64,000 bases of DNA, taken from Eledone cirrhosa (lineage: Eukaryota). The notes below the pieces were generated by a model that was given only the letters and a program-made list of their open reading frames with translations, did not search any database and was not told the origin of the DNA. The translations under genes were made by a program, and so were the position numbers. How positions within the stretch are numbered: the stretch's first letter is position 1; each line of letters begins with the position of its first letter. Positions 57,720-64,000 of the stretch are shown piece by piece. The stretch lies in assembly GCA_964016885.1 (NCBI GenBank), contig OZ024741.1, positions 364,808,001 to 364,872,000 of the forward strand, in the 5' to 3' direction.

Positions 57720-57801
<82 letters not shown>

Positions 57802-57829
57802 AACAAAAGATGGTTAAAGGAGTTCCATG

Positions 57830-57900
57830 TATTTTATTATGCGCATTTCAAAAACAAATATCATCATGCAATAATATTTGTGTTTTCATCAGATAAAACA
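57830..57900 (-). ncRNA. Type I hammerhead (inverted copy)
   Basis: Reverse complement of 59310-59380. Confidence 0.88.
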
Positions 57901-59309
57901 GGAGGACATGATATGAAGCCAAAATAACTGACACCAATTCCTTCACCTATTTTGGCTCCACTTCCACCTCTTTTAAAACTCGTCTTTATAACCATTATTC
58001 ATCTTTTAAATACAAACTTAAAAGAACCAATACGGCTCTCTCAGAACTCATATGGTCCTTGAAAGACAAAAACATTAAATATAGCATCTTTTGGAGGAAG
58101 GTTTCTTCTGCGTCTTCATACTTGAACAGTTCTCTATCTAAAATCTGCAATCTCTGTCTAAATGAAAAATTTACCATTATCTCTAATCTAGATTCTATAA
58201 TAAATAGACGCACTGACTTGTTTTCTATCTGCTTGCATAAATTCCATAAAACATTTCACAAAGTATACAGCTAATATTTAATTCTTTATCAATTTAGAAT
58301 CTTTTTCTCAAAGGCACATATATATACACTTCTTTTAAAAATATACCCATCTTTCTACCTTATTTCAAAGGTTATTATACATTCTATAATACTTGTTTAC
58401 TCATTACTCTTACTCTATATCACCTTGTAAAATCCTTCGTAAACATATACATTTTTTTTTGACGCTAGATTATTCATCCTCAATTCATTATTCTTTTCTC
58501 CCTATCATCTAACTCATTATTCTCAATACATATTAACTTTTTCTTTTTCCTCGCACATATTATCAAATCCTTCAATATACAAACCTTAACTTTACATTAT
58601 TTTTCTCAAATCCTTCAATATACAAACCTTAACTTTACATTATTTTTCTCTTCGTTAATTTTCAAATTTCTATAATACCTGTTTTACTCTTTCTACATCA
58701 CCCATATTTATCACTTCCTTTTCTTCTCTTCTAATATCTAACCCCTAATCTGTACCTTTTCTCACTCTTGCCTAACATAGAATCAATTATTACATAATAC
58801 AACACATTCTTACTCTATATCACCTTATAAAAATCCTTCGTAAACATATACAATTTTTTTTGACGTTAGAATATTCATCCGCAATTCATTATTCTTTTCT
58901 CCCTATCATCTAACTCATTATTCTCAATACATATTAACTCCTTCTCTTTCTTCGCACATATTTTTTTTTCTCTTTTTCTCTTCGTTAATTTTCAAATTCT
59001 TTTAATTTATACATTATCTTCCAACGGTTGTCAACCTCTCTATGTAAAACAATATATCTTTCTCAGTTATAAAAACTATCTCTCTCTCTCTATCACCCAT
59101 CTCTGCTCCTATCTCATCCTTCCTCACTATACTCCTCCCTCTCCACCTTCACTCTCATCTCCTCCTCCTTTTTTTTTCATCTTTCCACCCCCCACCTCTA
59201 AATAAAATATTTTTCCCAATATCACACATCAATCTAAAACTACTTCTCATATGTTGATTTAAAACTGAATTATCCACAAGTGTTTTTTAGCCTTCATATC
59301 ATGTCCTCC

Positions 59310-59380
59310 TGTTTTATCTGATGAAAACACAAATATTATTGCATGATGATATTTGTTTTTGAAATGCGCATAATAAAATA
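59310..59380 (+). ncRNA. Type I hammerhead
   Basis: TGTTTTAT-CTGATGA-stem II-GAAA-TGCGCA-TA-ATAAAATA. Confidence 0.9.
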
Positions 59381-59501
59381 CATGGAACTCCTTTAACCAT
59401 CTTTTGTTCTTATATATTATGTATACTCCAGTCCCACAAATTGTAGAGTGCTTCTTATCCGATATCTGCATTGCTTTATTGTACTACAATAAAACTCACC
59501 T

Positions 59502-59561
<60 letters not shown>

Positions 59562-59660
59562 CTCTCTATATATACATATATAACGAAGGAGGTGTGGTAA
59601 AGAACCAGATGGACCATAACGCACCAGAGTACTCAACACTTAGGGTAGTAGAGTGGGTAA

Positions 59661-59775
59661 TAGGAAAATGTTTAACCCCGACGGCAGAGCTCAAGCCGTT
59701 TCGACTGCTATTTCTGGTCCAGAAATAGCCGTCGAAACGGCTTGAGCTCTGCAGTCGGGGTTAAACATTTTCCTA
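59661..59775. repeat. Palindrome centred on a hammerhead-like stem II
   Basis: TAGGAAAATGTTTAACCCCGAC..GTCGGGGTTAAACATTTTCCTA; related to 20405-20524. Confidence 0.9.
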
Positions 59776-60456
59776 TATACATATATAGATATACATATAT
59801 TTACATATATTTATATCTCCCCTCTTCCGAGTAACACAACCCCGGATTACACACCATTGGCCATCGTTCCCACTATCAACTCCATCACAAGGAAAATATC
59901 CGGCACCTCTTCACACCCTCTACGGAACTACCTTAGGAACTTACCCACGGACATACACTCAAACATTTTTTTTCTCGAACCACGCCACCTACATCCACAA
60001 AACGTATAAACACCACACACACATGCATACCCCGACATATATACACACTCAGCCTCCGGAATCTTCTCTCACCTCCCCCACCCTTCTGACCCCTCCCCAT
60101 CCACACGCACACACACACACCGACCTACACCCTACCCCACACACACCTTTTCCTGAACATGGAACCTCGTTCTTCCCCCAACTCTCACATTCACATACAC
60201 ACACACACGTACACCTACACACATACACTACCTTCAGCCCTCCCCGCTCGGACACCCCACCTCCCTCTCCCCACTCCACCCGCCACCACCCCTACACGCC
60301 CCACACCCTTCCACCAATTGTTTATCTTCATGTTTATTTTTATTTTTATTTTTAAATTTTTATTTGTACCCCTTCCACCGTTTTACCCCCCCTTTTTCTA
60401 AATGTTTCTCCTCCACTCCCCAACACACCCTCGGAACTCTCTTCCCACGCACTTTT

Positions 60457-60490
60457 CGCCTGAAGAAGGGTTTATGCCCGAAACGTCGTT
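60457..60490 (+). ncRNA. Minimal PLE-type hammerhead
   Basis: CTGAAGA-a-GGGT ttat GCCC-GAAACGTC; stem I very short. Confidence 0.75.
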
Positions 60491-60569
60491 CCCCACCCCC
60501 TCTCTCAAGAGCGTGAAACTAATAAACCTTTGTTCGTACTGCCTCTCTGTTTTGTTCCCGTTCCATTTT

Positions 60570-60644
<75 letters not shown>

Positions 60645-60678
60645 ATATGTACACACATATATATACATATATATATGT

Positions 60679-60715
<37 letters not shown>

Positions 60716-60721
60716 CACACG

Positions 60722-60782
<61 letters not shown>

Positions 60783-61639
60783 ATTTACAGGAGTTAGTCG
60801 TAAATGTACATAATTGTAGTCATTTTTTGTAGTATAGTAGTATATGATTAATGACTGTTAGTTTATGATCGGATTTTGCATTGCAGTTTGTGTTTGCTTT
60901 ATGAGTGTTTCAGTAACGTGTTTATTTTGTTGTTAGTATATGCATTTTATTCATGTAACACAATTTATGTATGCTTTGTTTATTTTCAATGGATGTTGTA
61001 TCTGGTCATTTTACTGCTCTGAATTTGTGTTTGTAATGTTCTTTGGCTTGCTCTCTTAACTAGTATGTATATCCGCAGTGTGAAAGTACGTGGCTTAGCA
61101 GTTATGGCGTTCGGTACATGATAGTCAGTAGCATTTTATGTTCTTGAACATGATACTTTATTTATCGTTTACATTGCTCCAGTCCACACAGCTGGTGAAA
61201 ATGAGTTATAGCTGCAATTCAAAGAGGCCAGCTTTATCATACACTATGTCACGCTGAATATCTCCGAGAACAGCGTCACGAGTCTATGAAATGTGGAAAC
61301 CACATTAATTTCACGAGCAGTCTATTCCGTTGTTAGTAGAACGGTAACACTCTTCGTCGAACCGACGGAGATCCAGCAACGTACCCGTTGTTGAGGAGTG
61401 GTTGCCTTATTTTTTGGCACTTTTGGCACGAAAGCATGTAAACTGAAACTATAAAGATAGAAATAAATTGTCATAATTCAATCACATTAGTGATTTTAAA
61501 ATCGGTGGAGACCCATCATGGCCACAACCCATTGCCTGGGACATCTAATAGAGCCAGAAAAAGTTTAAGTGTTGAAAATCATACGAGGCAATATGCTATA
61601 ATTTCTTCTTCTGAAGGATATTCTTGGATTGACGTTTAC

Positions 61640-61844
61640 ATCAGAGTGGTCCTCATTAGTGCTTTGGAAACCACAAGCAGTCACTAATAACAGGGGGTGC
61701 AAGCTCTCCTACCCCGATGTCATCTCCAGAGATTCGGGTATTGAAATCCAGGACTTGGCAACGGCAATGAACGACAGACCCACGTGGAGATCAATTGTTG
61801 AGTCCATTTCGGTTGAGGCCGCCGGATGATGATGATGATGATGA
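61640..61844 (+). mobile_element. RTE-clade LINE 3' end with (TGA)n tail
   Basis: LWKP..RG..SYPD..D...AM.DR..WR followed by (TGA)6. Confidence 0.75.
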
Positions 61845-62969
61845 AAAAGCCCACTTATATATAAATACATACATATGCATGTATGTACGGACACACGTAT
61901 ACACATACATAACTTATATACATATGAATGTGTTTACACATAAAATAGGTTTCAACCAAATACGTAAACGAAACTATGTAAATGTTTCAAGGCACAACTG
62001 GAATACTCACCATGAGAATCGACGGAGATCCTGCATACCCTTTCTAACAATAAATGAAGCTAAATACAATAACAGTCTAAAACACTTTGATTTAATGATT
62101 GTATATAAAGTGACACTTACGAGATGGAGAAAAAAGAGGAAAGCATTTTATTTTTCTTATTTAATTGCTATCAAGAATTCGTCGATAGATATAGATGGAA
62201 TAGACCTCCGTCGCTTTCGACGACGATTGTTCTATTCATTCAATCATCAAAACAGACGGCTTATGAAATTAATGTGTAAGTGACCGAACACTCCATAGAA
62301 ATACATACTGTTAACTTAATTCTCAGGGAGATTCAGAATGACACTGTGCATCACTAGGCTATCCCCTTAAGTTACTTATCGATACAGTCCATCTAATGGG
62401 CTTCCAAACGGTTTCAGTCTACCCAATTTTACTCACAAGGCATGCCTAAGATGTCATGCAACGTGATCGAACCCGGGACCTAGTGATTGTGAAGTAAACT
62501 TCTTAACCATTCTTCTTTGCCTTGCCCACTGTTGATAGGTATGGTATGTTTATTATGACCCCGTAAATTCTCATGGATTCGTAGGGGCAACGTTTTGTCA
62601 ATACGGTGTTTCTTGGGCATTTTAAACCTGGCGCTGCCCACCCATCTCCAGACTGAGTAGAGCAGAAAAGGATAGTAAGAATGAAGGAATAGAAGCGAGA
62701 AAGAGATATAGAGGAATAATCGACTCCACTATTAGACTGGTACTTTTTTTTTATCGATCTCGAAAAGATGAAAATCAAAGTTGATCTCAGCGGTATTTAA
62801 ACTGAGAGAGCAGAGAATCTACCCGACCTTCTAACGACTCTGCCTATTTGCCGCCAAATGATAAATATAACAAATAAATAAATCATAATCGTTTTTCTTT
62901 TTAAAAGAGGCAGGAAATATGGAAGTTATTATGAAGTTACTAGCCAACTTTATCATCCTATAAATAATG

Positions 62970-63172
62970 ATTTTTACTATAGGTAGAAGTACGGGGGGGG
63001 GGGGTCGATTAAATCGACCCCCAGCACGTTACTGGTGCTTTATTTTATCGACCCCGTAAGGATGAAAGGCAAAGTTAACCTCGGCGGGATTTGAACTCAG
63101 ACCGTAAACGGCCGTAACTCTATGCTGCAAAGCATGGTGTCCGAATCTCTACCGACACTGCCAATCCACCGC
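62970..63172 (-). mobile_element. SINE family A
   Basis: Family match; diverged neighbours at 62720-62855 and 63195-63400. Confidence 0.88.
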
Positions 63173-64000
63173 CCTTATCATCCTAGAAATAATGAGCGCG
63201 TTTGGTAGAATTGTTAATTCGTTGAATGAAATGTATTGCAGTATTTTCTAAAGCTCTCTGGGTTTCAAATCCTGCCGCAGTCAACTTTATTTTCATCCTT
63301 CCGAGGTCAATAAAATAAAATGTAAAGAACTAGTGTCGATATAATCGACTCTCTTATCACCACAAATTGCTATCCTCGTGCCTAAATAAAAAAATATTAT
63401 TCTAGAAATAATTTTTAGAGAAAACATTTAAATTCCGCCATTGTTATTCTACAAATCATTTTTAGAAAATATTTAAAATGTCTCTGTGAAGATTATCATC
63501 TTTCTGAACGTCATATTTTAAGCGAATCTGTCATATTCCACTCACTTTAGACTTGACAAGTTTGTCTATCTTAACAAAACACATCTTTATATCTTCAGAA
63601 TCACTACAGCAAAGATTGAAGATTGCTCTTGATTGGAGTAGTGGGAAGGAGAGGTGTATGGAGTAAGGAAAGAGAAAACTTGTTTATCCCTTTTTCCTCT
63701 CTTGACATAAAATAATTCTAATGAGCCACATAATGCTACATCAAATGGGCGTTTAAGTCAATCGTAAAGAAAACAAAACCAAATTTTATGAAGCTTTAAA
63801 ATTTGAGATGGCGGTGGAAGGAATGCATTTTGCAGTGTTATTCGATAGAGGGAATATATGTTGTCAATGCCAGCTTTTAGGACCATAGAGTTACAAATCT
63901 GGGGTTTATTTATTTATTTATTTATTTATTTATGACTCACAGCAAGACCTGTCAACTCTCCCCGTCCGACGGGGATTTCGAAATAGCCTTTGGGGGTGTG

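Larger units (their letters stand above)
57797..59503 (+). mobile_element. 5'-truncated Naiad PLE with inverted pLTR
   Basis: 57970-58274 encodes FKTRLYNH..LSELIWSLK..CNLCLNEK..INRRTDLFSICLH. Terminal inversion at 57797-57919 vs 59292-59415. Confidence 0.9.

Overview
AT-rich animal genomic DNA, non-genic as far as I can see. The SINE families and the microsatellite load suggest an octopus or other cephalopod (inference). No host gene is supportable, and most listed ORFs are microsatellite or antisense artefacts. The window is a transposon nest containing: one apparently intact Penelope-like retroelement (RT + GIY-YIG, Naiad-type, 1316-3535); a disrupted second Naiad and several truncated ones; a Neptune/Poseidon-type fragment; five Tx1/L1-clade LINE copies; a decayed Helitron helicase; MITEs; many tRNA-derived SINEs; and kb-scale (TA)n/TG arrays. 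The main hidden signal is a dense set of about 17 type I hammerhead ribozyme motifs on both strands, from about 8 sequence families. They lie in Penelope pseudo-LTRs and in small ORF-less inverted-repeat cassettes embedded in TA microsatellites. Most have palindromic stem III (dimer-type). One group shares a conserved unpaired C in stem II, and some inversion breakpoints fall in stem II. All structures were folded by eye; no searches were run.
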